This document shows positions 8,331 through 16,405 of a stretch of DNA of 39,362 bases, piece by piece. The stretch lies in the IMG/VR virus record IMGVR_UViG_3300050821_002969, positions 64,001 through 103,362 of that record; one strand, 5' to 3'. Made by a program: the position numbers and the translations under genes. Source of the stretch: a virus. Lineage: Duplodnaviria > Heunggongvirae > Uroviricota > Caudoviricetes. Numbering within the stretch: the first letter of the stretch is position 1; each line of letters opens with the position of its first letter. The notes beneath the pieces were generated by a model. The model did no database searches. It was not told the DNA's origin and saw only the letters and a program-made list of their open reading frames with translations.

Positions 8331-8618
8331 ATGAAACCAGAAACACAAGCAACGATTGAACGAATAGTCCAAGCTACCGGCACATCTGCATTACGTGCGG
8401 CGGCACAGATTATCCTAGACCATTTACCAAAAGGCGAAATGGAGGAAGGCGAGGAAAAGAAAATCTACGATGGCATCCTGCTTTCTTCTAACGATACCAA
8501 CAAGGCATTCACTGCGGCCATGGTTATAAGTGGCGTATTGGAATCCTATCAAGCGCACAAGCAAGCGGCAATGAATCAATTCGCTGAGATTGCTACGCAG
8601 AAAGCGGGGAATTGCTGA
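8331..8618 (+). CDS. Hypothetical protein
   Basis: GAGGGG RBS; helical 95-aa ORF. Confidence 0.55.
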   Translation: MKPETQATIERIVQATGTSALRAAAQIILDHLPKGEMEEGEEKKIYDGILLSSNDTNKAFTAAMVISGVLESYQAHKQAAMNQFAEIATQKAGNC

Positions 8619-8849
8619 ATGAGCACAGACCTAATCGAAGGAACAAACGGCGTTTATCTCACACGATTCTATGGCGGGGAAAAGCGTGGTGTTTGCTATC
8701 AATTGGCCACCAAAGACGATAGTGGAGATTACAAATATCTCCAATTTACCGATTCACAAATGGACGATATCTGCCTCTCGTATCGCGCCTCGCGGGAAGA
8801 AATGCTGGCCAACCGAAAGGCTATTGTGGAGAAAGTATGCGGTTCCTAA
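8619..8849 (+). CDS. Hypothetical phage protein
   Basis: GVYLTRFYGGEKRGVCYQL resembles a small phage protein motif; coupled to neighbours. Confidence 0.55.
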   Translation: MSTDLIEGTNGVYLTRFYGGEKRGVCYQLATKDDSGDYKYLQFTDSQMDDICLSYRASREEMLANRKAIVEKVCGS

Positions 8850-9427
8850 CTCGCGAACAACTCCGCGCATTGCTGGAGGCGGCCAAGGCGGAGCCAAGAG
8901 AACATCTGTTGATTCTTTTGGCTTATGCCCACGGCTTGCGAAGCACAGAAGCGGTTAACGTCTGGCTTGGACCAACTACTGCGCGTATCAAGACAATCAA
9001 AAACGGCAAAGTATCCAGTGTGCCAGCGCCGTATATTGAGTCAAACACGCTTATCGTGCAAAGGTTAAAGGGGAGCGAATGCACGCGGCAGCCGTTAGTA
9101 ACTAATCCCGACCCACTATTCGACGAAGTGGGGTTGCTGGCCGGTTTGCCCAATGGCAGATTGTTTCCTGATTGGACAAGACATGACTTCAACAACCTAA
9201 TGCGTGCTTACGGCAAACGCGGCGTGATTCCACAATACCTAGCGCATCCTCACGCTTTGAAGCGTAGCATTGGTAAGCACATGGTACGCGGGGCCGGATT
9301 GGAGAATACCAGCGTATACCTTGGTCATAAAAACTGGAATAGCACCAAAAGTTACGCAAAGTCAACCGATGCTGAAGCATCGCAAGCAATGACTGAAGCA
9401 GTATTTGGCCGCGAGGAGGCGGCGTAA
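8837..9427 (+). CDS. Tyrosine recombinase, catalytic domain only (FimB/Xer-like)
   Basis: HGLRSTE, RLKGS, HPHALKRS, LGHKN..STKSY. Confidence 0.8.
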   Translation: MRFLTREQLRALLEAAKAEPREHLLILLAYAHGLRSTEAVNVWLGPTTARIKTIKNGKVSSVPAPYIESNTLIVQRLKGSECTRQPLVTNPDPLFDEVGLLAGLPNGRLFPDWTRHDFNNLMRAYGKRGVIPQYLAHPHALKRSIGKHMVRGAGLENTSVYLGHKNWNSTKSYAKSTDAEASQAMTEAVFGREEAA

Positions 9428-9854
9428 AATATTGGTGGCCTGGAAAATAGAATTACCGCCAGAGAAACAATGCATGGGCTGCGGAGTCCGGTTTAGGGGC
9501 AGAAAGAATAAACTTTACTGTTCGTCGAAATGCGGCACGCTCCACGGGGATTACGACAATGGATTCTCTTTCTCTAAATATCCAGGATTATCAACTGGAA
9601 CGATTGGGGCAATTGGCGAACTTATGGTTTCCGCTGATTTGTTGATGAAGGGATACGAGGTTTTCCGCTCCGTTTCCGCTACTTGTTCTTGTGATTTGGC
9701 CATCCTTAAAAACGGTAAATTCCTTAGAATAGAGGTTAGGTCTGGCTACAAAATTAAATCTGGAGAGCTTCGTTATCTCGGAAAAGTGCGAGCAGACCAC
9801 GTAGCCATAGTTTTCAAAAACGAAATAGAATATAGCCCAAAACTACCGGATTGA
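9405..9854 (+). CDS. PD-(D/E)XK endonuclease (group I intron-associated type) with N-terminal Zn finger
   Basis: CxxC..YCSSKC; GAIGELMVSADLLMKGYEVF..CDLAI..IEVRSG. Confidence 0.7.
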   Translation: MAARRRRKILVAWKIELPPEKQCMGCGVRFRGRKNKLYCSSKCGTLHGDYDNGFSFSKYPGLSTGTIGAIGELMVSADLLMKGYEVFRSVSATCSCDLAILKNGKFLRIEVRSGYKIKSGELRYLGKVRADHVAIVFKNEIEYSPKLPD

Positions 9855-10301
9855 CGTTTCTTCTTTTGGCCTTAGAGAAATAAACTCCCTATATGCCATA
9901 ATTTTTGATTTTATGGTTGGAATCATAGTGTTTATCGAATACCCATAAACTATCAACAAGCTTCTTTCGCCGTTTCCGTTGGTTTGTTCGAGGGCTTTTT
10001 TAAGTAATTTGCAGCCAATCTCTATGTTTAGCCGTGGTTCTAGTAGTTCTACCTGTTTTTGTCTGTAACCTTCATTGCGGGCTGCATCAGAACCTATCTG
10101 TAATAAGCCTAGGCGGCTTTCTGGCGCATTATTTCTACTTAATGCTGGGTTGTACTGCTGTGGGTCCATGGATTGCTCTACGAGGGCTGGATTAAAGCTA
10201 GATAGGGTATCTACAATTGCCAGCACAAACTCTGGAGGCAACCCCTCTGTCGTAGCAATGTCGGCTACCAGTGCGCAAAGTTCGTTTTTCTGATAAATCA
10301 C
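9843..10301 (-). CDS. SLT lytic transglycosylase-like protein lacking the catalytic Glu
   Basis: AIVDTLSSFNP where ES is expected; GLLQI; LLEPRLNIEIGCKLL. Confidence 0.7.
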   Translation of the reverse strand: MIYQKNELCALVADIATTEGLPPEFVLAIVDTLSSFNPALVEQSMDPQQYNPALSRNNAPESRLGLLQIGSDAARNEGYRQKQVELLEPRLNIEIGCKLLKKALEQTNGNGERSLLIVYGYSINTMIPTIKSKIMAYREFISLRPKEETSIR

Positions 10302-10480
10302 TCGCTTAAGTGTGGCGCAATCGCTTCCCCAAGTAAATCTAGGGCGTATTGCGTGAATGTAAGTTTGTTGTTTTCATTTAGATAAACAACGACCTCATCG
10401 TCAGAAATCCTCATAGACATTATCATGTCTGGGTCTATCTCGTATTGACACGAAAGCTCTTGGTCTTCGTCACTCATCAT
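10298..10480 (-). CDS. Small acidic hypothetical protein
   Basis: Overlaps both neighbours. Confidence 0.45.
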   Translation of the reverse strand: MMSDEDQELSCQYEIDPDMIMSMRISDDEVVVYLNENNKLTFTQYALDLLGEAIAPHLSE

Positions 10481-12218
10481 CTTTGGTAAACGCGGCTAGA
10501 TTTTTGGAACCGTGATATGACTTGTTGCGCTCTATCTTTTGCGCGGCTTGTTCGCGTGCTCCCTTAACTACGTTGGCGCGACTTTCCACTTTGGTCTTTT
10601 GGGCAGATATTTCCTCTGGAGTAGAACCCTCCCAAATTATGTCCGTACCCCGTTCGGGGATGTTGATTTTATATCCCGGAGTACGAGGCATAAAAGCATT
10701 GGTTGGCGGTGGCACGCTTGGACCCTGAAGCGAGACATGCAAACCAGTGTCGCCACGATCTTTCAATAATTGCCATCCCGCCCTAATATCATTGTCCCTT
10801 GGATCGCCTAGCAACGCACGCTTGCCGCGTACCAACGAAGCCTCGGCTGCGCGATATGGAGTAGGAGCCACGTCGCCAAGCGGGATTGCCGCTTTGCCGC
10901 GAGCCTGTTGCCATCGGCGCTCCATGGTGTCTGCTACGTCCCTCAATTGGCCGTTCCTAGTCTTAATCTCGGCAACATTTACCCCCAGCCTATCGCCTAC
11001 ACGGTTCTGTAGTTCCCCATATAAAACCTTGCGAATCGAGCTAGCCTCTCTACGCAATTCAGTTTCCGCCCCGACGGCCGCTTCGGATGGCAATCCCCCT
11101 TTGCCGCGCTCATAGTTTTTGAATAACATATCATTCAAATCGTTGAGCCTAGTGTCTAATTGACGCAGAGTTGCGGTACCAGTGTCTTGGTTGTATGCAC
11201 CTTGGTAGTTGGGGATTCTAGCCTTTGCCATTACTTCTACGTCTTGAACTGGGGCAAGTATATCTCGTTGGTAAAGCGAATGGAATTTATCAGCAGTTTG
11301 CATAGATAAATCAATCAAATCGCGTCTACCCTTTGGCTCTAGTCCGGTTTCTTGGGAGGTACCAATTAAATATGGCAGGTTCGATTTAAGCTCTTTGTCG
11401 AACTTCGCATAGTCGTTCCGCGCGGCATCGCCTTCCGCTCCAGATAACGCAACCTCTTCTGGTGGGTTGACTGCTCTAACCAGTAAATCGGCAGGTGTTT
11501 TGACATACTTGTTTTCCTGTGCCATTCTGACGGCATCAAATACTTCTGGGGTCCAGTGTGTGATCTGCCCTACTGGCAGCCCAAATAGGGTTGCCACTCC
11601 GGCAGACTCTAATGCTTGACTCGGAGTTGCTCCATGAGTTAATGCGACCCCACCAGCTACCGCACCCTGACGCATGGATTGCATCCCAAGTTCAAGCGCC
11701 CTCTGCACTTTTGGGGCAGTTTCTAAGGCTTTGTGAATCTTGCCAACCATCAGATATTTATCGCCCAGCGTTAACCCCTTAAGCGCTTCGTCGCCCAAAA
11801 CAAACTCGCCAACACCTTCTAGTCCAGCCCCTAGCGCCTCTCCTGTCCCTTCTGGCGTATTGGGATTAATGTCTGTATTAATAGGATTTTCTGTCTTTTC
11901 TGGTAATCCTTGAAGGTGCGCTAAATTGATCGCGGAACCAACGGTTCCCGTTGGCCCAAATTGCCCAGCGGCGTGTACCGTGGAGGCTAGCGCTTTGCCG
12001 ATTCCAGCAGGAATACCACTTGCGGCTTGTCCAAGCTGTTCTGGATCGGACAAGTTTACTGGTGATTGGTCGGTATTTTTGTTACCTAAGTTTAACGGCG
12101 GCGGAATCGGACGCGATGCCGCTTGATCCCAAATATCTCCATCTCCAGATTGTGGTTGCGGTGGTTGCGGTGTCGTAGTCTGCAGTCTTGTTGCTGCATC
12201 GTCCCAAATATCGCTCAT
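10470..12218 (-). CDS. Putative internal virion/DNA-ejection protein
   Basis: 582 aa, helical Ala/Gly-rich; repeated DIWDxAA at N-terminus; lies downstream of tail genes. Confidence 0.6.
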   Translation of the reverse strand: MSDIWDDAATRLQTTTPQPPQPQSGDGDIWDQAASRPIPPPLNLGNKNTDQSPVNLSDPEQLGQAASGIPAGIGKALASTVHAAGQFGPTGTVGSAINLAHLQGLPEKTENPINTDINPNTPEGTGEALGAGLEGVGEFVLGDEALKGLTLGDKYLMVGKIHKALETAPKVQRALELGMQSMRQGAVAGGVALTHGATPSQALESAGVATLFGLPVGQITHWTPEVFDAVRMAQENKYVKTPADLLVRAVNPPEEVALSGAEGDAARNDYAKFDKELKSNLPYLIGTSQETGLEPKGRRDLIDLSMQTADKFHSLYQRDILAPVQDVEVMAKARIPNYQGAYNQDTGTATLRQLDTRLNDLNDMLFKNYERGKGGLPSEAAVGAETELRREASSIRKVLYGELQNRVGDRLGVNVAEIKTRNGQLRDVADTMERRWQQARGKAAIPLGDVAPTPYRAAEASLVRGKRALLGDPRDNDIRAGWQLLKDRGDTGLHVSLQGPSVPPPTNAFMPRTPGYKINIPERGTDIIWEGSTPEEISAQKTKVESRANVVKGAREQAAQKIERNKSYHGSKNLAAFTKDDE

Positions 12219-12222
12219 AAAA

Positions 12223-14076
12223 CTAAAACGCCTGCCCTTCGGATTGCGCTAGGGCTTGCGCTTTCTGTTTTTGTTCATCGGTCGGTTTCCCTCCGGTCCA
12301 CCCCGCTCTTTGCAGATAGGACTGGGCCTTAGTAACGGCGCGGTCGCGCTGGGCTGCTTGCGTCTGCAAATAGTCTGCTTTGGAAACTAGCTTGTCGTCC
12401 TTGGCGTAAATCTGTGCTGTCTCGCGCATGGATTCGATAGCGCCTAGCGCCTGCTGTACATTCATTTTGGCGTTTAACATTGTAGTCGCTTTATCTAAAA
12501 TTTCTTTAGAGAATCGGCTTGTGTGCATCTTGGTAAAACCAGATTGCGATGTGGTGATATCGTCGTACAACTTCTGGGCTTCCTTGTCTCCTAATCCGAA
12601 GTGGGCCTTAAGTTCTCCAATGGTTCCACCAATGGGTCCGACATAGTTTGCGTGCGCCTTAATTTGGGACTCAATATTGCCCAATTTCTCTATTAGAGTA
12701 TTTGCAGTGGCCGCCGTCTGCTGCTGCATCTGTCCCGGCTTGTACGCGGAAATCTTTTTGTTTGGAATTGGATTGCCAAACCCGTCCACTGGCTGAGTTT
12801 CGTCGGCTTCGTCCAGCGTCAACCGCTGCCCTCTTTGGTCTACACCGTCGTTCTGGCGTTGGTCGAAGAGCGTTTTCTGGTGCTCGAAATCCTTGTTATC
12901 GTCCTTAGCTTTTAGTGATTTCTGATAACGGTCATCCCATGGCTTGGCCTTGTCGATTAACTTCTGGGCACGCTGTACCAATTCTGGTGAGCCGCCGCCT
13001 TTGCGTTCGATAATATTCTTTGCATCCTCTATGGCCTGTCCTGCATTCTTGCCGTTTTCTTGGGCAAAATTACCCTCTGCTTTTTCTAGTGTCTTGCGAA
13101 TATCCGCCGTGTTAGCCATTTGGTCGGGCTGATATTTAGGGCTGAAGTTGTGGATATAGCTAGTAGCGAAATCTTTTCCTACTACAAATTCTTTCCCGTT
13201 GCGCACAGACTTGGCGTTTAATTCTTTCTTTGGCTCTTGGCCTTGGGCGATTGCATATAGATCGTCAAAGTTGTCCGGCACTGGCTTTCTAATGCTCTTT
13301 AGGTACCCCTTAACCTCGTCTGGTGTTGCTTGTGGGGCATCTAAACCGTCGCTTGGAGAAAGCTTAGATGTTTCTCCCTCCACTAGCGCCTTACGTCCTT
13401 CGTGAACAAATTGAGACGTTCCATCGGTAGCGTTAGTTCCAGCGTTAATCGTGGAATTCATTGGCGGGATGCCAGATTCTTCGTGGCCGGGAAACTTAAA
13501 ATCAAAGGCTTCGGCTATGGAGTTATTCTTTACGTGGTACACGCCAAACGTAGGGTGGTCGTTGGTCGAGAATCCGGTAGGCGCAATTGAAACCAGATCG
13601 TTTGGAAACTGTTTCTTGGCAGACTGTAGTTGTTGCATTAAATCGGCCTGCTTTTCGGCTGTTCCGCCAACAATTTCCGCATCTCCACCTTGATAGAGAT
13701 GGTCAAACCATCCGCGCATCGTATCGTGATATTCCTTTTGCGTAGCCTCGTCTGCTTGACTTAGGGCGTGCTTAGCCTGAAGCAATTGAACTTGTGTCAT
13801 GGCTATACGCTGCTTGCGTAATGTAGCCTCGTCTGCTTGTTCTTGCTGCTGTGCCTTTTGTTGTGCTGCGATTTGCGGAGCGCGGATACCGGCAGACATG
13901 GCGCGTTGTCCAGGTGTTCCCTGCGCTTGCGCTAGTGCTTGGACGCCACCTTGTAATGCTCCATTGACAAGGGTTCCCACGAGGTTCTTGAAAAACCCCG
14001 TGCCGCCAGAAATGCCAGCGGATTGGCCGGTAAGTGCGCCGCCATTAGGATCGGTTTGTGTCTGTGGGTCGGGCAT
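12223..14076 (-). CDS. Putative internal virion/DNA-ejection protein
   Basis: 617 aa, Gln/Ala/Lys-rich coiled composition; module position. Confidence 0.6.
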   Translation of the reverse strand: MPDPQTQTDPNGGALTGQSAGISGGTGFFKNLVGTLVNGALQGGVQALAQAQGTPGQRAMSAGIRAPQIAAQQKAQQQEQADEATLRKQRIAMTQVQLLQAKHALSQADEATQKEYHDTMRGWFDHLYQGGDAEIVGGTAEKQADLMQQLQSAKKQFPNDLVSIAPTGFSTNDHPTFGVYHVKNNSIAEAFDFKFPGHEESGIPPMNSTINAGTNATDGTSQFVHEGRKALVEGETSKLSPSDGLDAPQATPDEVKGYLKSIRKPVPDNFDDLYAIAQGQEPKKELNAKSVRNGKEFVVGKDFATSYIHNFSPKYQPDQMANTADIRKTLEKAEGNFAQENGKNAGQAIEDAKNIIERKGGGSPELVQRAQKLIDKAKPWDDRYQKSLKAKDDNKDFEHQKTLFDQRQNDGVDQRGQRLTLDEADETQPVDGFGNPIPNKKISAYKPGQMQQQTAATANTLIEKLGNIESQIKAHANYVGPIGGTIGELKAHFGLGDKEAQKLYDDITTSQSGFTKMHTSRFSKEILDKATTMLNAKMNVQQALGAIESMRETAQIYAKDDKLVSKADYLQTQAAQRDRAVTKAQSYLQRAGWTGGKPTDEQKQKAQALAQSEGQAF

Positions 14077-14440
14077 CTATAAAGTAGTTTAGTTTAGTTT
14101 CTGGTTTGATTGAGTCATCGCCAATGGCGCGTCGTAGCCAGCGGCAAACGTATTGTTCCGTGCCATCTTTAAGCGAATAGACTCGAATCAATCCTTTAAT
14201 CGTATAGTTTTCGCCGTCTAGTTTGGCTCTAGACTTACCGCTCACTTTTACGCCCAAGTCGAATAAGCCAGCACAAATTCCACTGTGCAAACTAGCAAAC
14301 CTCTTTAACTCGCCCGTCGCTACGCCATTAGAGTATTTGCCAAGACGAAGCGGGTTGTTCGCGTTAAACGCGGGGTCCGTTGGCAGTCTGGCTTTGTTGT
14401 ACTCCCACAATGCGCAAAGTAGGCACTCTAGCTTGGTCAT
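14045..14440 (-). CDS. Virion-associated lysozyme-like protein (diverged)
   Basis: NNPLRL..FAS..SGICA..TIKGLIRVYS..TEQYV resembles the NNPGN-type phage muramidase-like pattern. Confidence 0.45.
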   Translation of the reverse strand: MTKLECLLCALWEYNKARLPTDPAFNANNPLRLGKYSNGVATGELKRFASLHSGICAGLFDLGVKVSGKSRAKLDGENYTIKGLIRVYSLKDGTEQYVCRWLRRAIGDDSIKPETKLNYFIDARPTDTNRS

Positions 14441-15237
14441 TAGAAAATGCCGCCGCCAGCGCCTAGGCCCATATCTCCGCCAGCACTACCAGCAATTGAG
14501 CTAGCCGCACCGGCACCTTGCATAAGTGTAGACATTCCGCCAGTAGCAAACCCTACGCCAGCATTAATCAATCCACCAAGCACGCCAGAAAGTAAGTTGC
14601 TGCCAAAGCTACCTTCTTGGTTTATCGTGTGCGCTTGGTCAAACGAATTCTTGTTGGAGTTAGTTAGCAAGTTTCCAACCTGTGGCGACATTCCCAACAT
14701 TTGCGGGATGTTTTCTAACCCGGCAAGCGCCGTCATCTGTTGCTGATTCTTGTACTGCTGATTTGCTAGGCCGATATTCAAATTTCCTTGCGCTACCGTA
14801 TTTCCAGCGGCGGAATCAATTTGTGCCTGAATAGCTTGCTCGACTCCGCTAGGCAACCCTTTCATGTTTTGCGTGGCGAATGCTTCTTGCGATGACTGCT
14901 TGGCGTTTAGTGCCTGCGCTCCAGTTGTGTTGACTAGTTGTGCCTCTAGGTCGGCAATGGCGACGGGACCGAATCCCGTGGGGTTTTCGTACATTGACTT
15001 AAGCTGGGGCGTGAGGAAATTATTTAAAAATGACTGCTGTTCGCTGAATTGGGATACGAAGTCATTTTGGAGCATTAACGATTCTGACGCCGCTTGCTGT
15101 TGGGCATTCTGTTCGGCGGCGGATGGGCCGCCACATAAACGTACCAATGGGGCGCTATCGGGATAATCAAAGTAGACAGACTCAAGCGGCTGAAGGGTTT
15201 CTATGTCGAACGAGTAATGGACGTAGATTCTTGGCAC
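14440..15237 (-). CDS. Putative ejection protein (P22 gp7-like position); likely GTG start at 15237
   Basis: Leader ending LCGG, Gln/Asn/Ala-rich body, Gly-rich hydrophobic C-terminus. Confidence 0.6.
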   Translation of the reverse strand: MPRIYVHYSFDIETLQPLESVYFDYPDSAPLVRLCGGPSAAEQNAQQQAASESLMLQNDFVSQFSEQQSFLNNFLTPQLKSMYENPTGFGPVAIADLEAQLVNTTGAQALNAKQSSQEAFATQNMKGLPSGVEQAIQAQIDSAAGNTVAQGNLNIGLANQQYKNQQQMTALAGLENIPQMLGMSPQVGNLLTNSNKNSFDQAHTINQEGSFGSNLLSGVLGGLINAGVGFATGGMSTLMQGAGAASSIAGSAGGDMGLGAGGGIF

Positions 15238-15719
15238 ACTGTAGATTCTAGGGGAGTTTGTGAAACTTGTTCTAGCCACAATACTTGTTCGTGTCCGCTT
15301 GCAGTAAACCCAAGATAACGTTGGCAAAATTTGGCGAGCGCTGGGCTTTCTGTGTCAAAAATTATCTGACTATAACCGTTGGCCTTGGCGCGTTTTACTA
15401 TGTCGGAAAACTGGGTGACCAAACAGCGGGCTATTTTTTGTTTACTCACATCGCAGAACTGGACGTGTAAGCGCAAAACTGAACTGAGACGGGCGAACAT
15501 GATTACCGTTTCTTCGTCCTCGAAAACGATGGATTGCGTATTTGGTGCAACGAAAAACGCAGACTTGAGCCACTCTTTATGGCAGGCGTCAGAACGTATT
15601 TCTTGCTCCATGCGCGGGAAGTCCGATTTGTTTATCGGACGCGAGGTAATCATGCAGCGCCTTGTGTGTCGCACAATCAGGTTTTTAACGGGAACGATGT
15701 CATGTTTAGTGTGCGTCAT
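15201..15719 (-). CDS. GNAT-fold virion-module protein (T7 gp13-like position)
   Basis: AKANGYSQIIFDTES..LAKFCQRYLGF; lies between tail and ejection genes. Confidence 0.45.
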   Translation of the reverse strand: MTHTKHDIVPVKNLIVRHTRRCMITSRPINKSDFPRMEQEIRSDACHKEWLKSAFFVAPNTQSIVFEDEETVIMFARLSSVLRLHVQFCDVSKQKIARCLVTQFSDIVKRAKANGYSQIIFDTESPALAKFCQRYLGFTASGHEQVLWLEQVSQTPLESTVCQESTSITRST

Positions 15720-15727
15720 TGTAGTTT

Positions 15728-16405
15728 TTAATGCGGTATTAGAGAGGTTAAAAACATAGACCTTGCGACTCCCGGAGAGGATATATTACCAGATGGACCT
15801 TTCCAAAAAAGAGAATAAGTTTCTATGTTAAGCGGGCTGTGTTGTAGCGGCGACGGATCGACGAAGGACAGGCTAACGATTGTGGGCGTATTAATGTTTA
15901 CATGTGTTGTGTTTTGAAAGATTTGACTAAGCAAGGCTCCATTGCGATAAAAAGCAAGCTGGACTGGATCGGATGCGGTTGTAGATTGTATTGGCAAGGT
16001 GGCGGTAATGTGTACTGGGCCATTTATTTTTAATGATAATTCTAAATTGGGAACAGTCCCCCATGACACCGTAGCTTTGACTGGAGCGCTACTACCCCCA
16101 CCCGTGATTTGCGCGGTTTGAGTTGTTGCAGGGGTAACAGAGGAAAGCAAGGTATTAACGGGGTCGTGCGTAATGGCCACTGGTGGTAGCTGCCACATGG
16201 GCCGCCTTGCTCCCGGAGCAAAATTCATAAACGGAGAATCGTATCCTATGTCGGTTTCGTAGGCATCTTGTGGGGACGCGAAGCCGCGCGGAGGAATGGG
16301 CGTAGGTGGGCGATTAGGGCCGACACTGCTTACATTCGCGGCGCTTTGCTCAACCGCTTGGTCCTGCGTCTTTTGGAGAAGTTCTTTTAATGTAGGTGCT
16401 GGCAT
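15728..16405 (-). CDS. Putative tail-associated structural protein
   Basis: Pro-rich N-terminus, beta-rich C-terminal domain; TAATG coupling to the 970-aa gene. Confidence 0.5.
   Translation of the reverse strand: MPAPTLKELLQKTQDQAVEQSAANVSSVGPNRPPTPIPPRGFASPQDAYETDIGYDSPFMNFAPGARRPMWQLPPVAITHDPVNTLLSSVTPATTQTAQITGGGSSAPVKATVSWGTVPNLELSLKINGPVHITATLPIQSTTASDPVQLAFYRNGALLSQIFQNTTHVNINTPTIVSLSFVDPSPLQHSPLNIETYSLFWKGPSGNISSPGVARSMFLTSLIPH

Noticed and set aside
10075-14864. Numerous plus-strand ORFs over the ejection genes
   Set aside because: Antisense shadows of long minus-strand genes with no motifs
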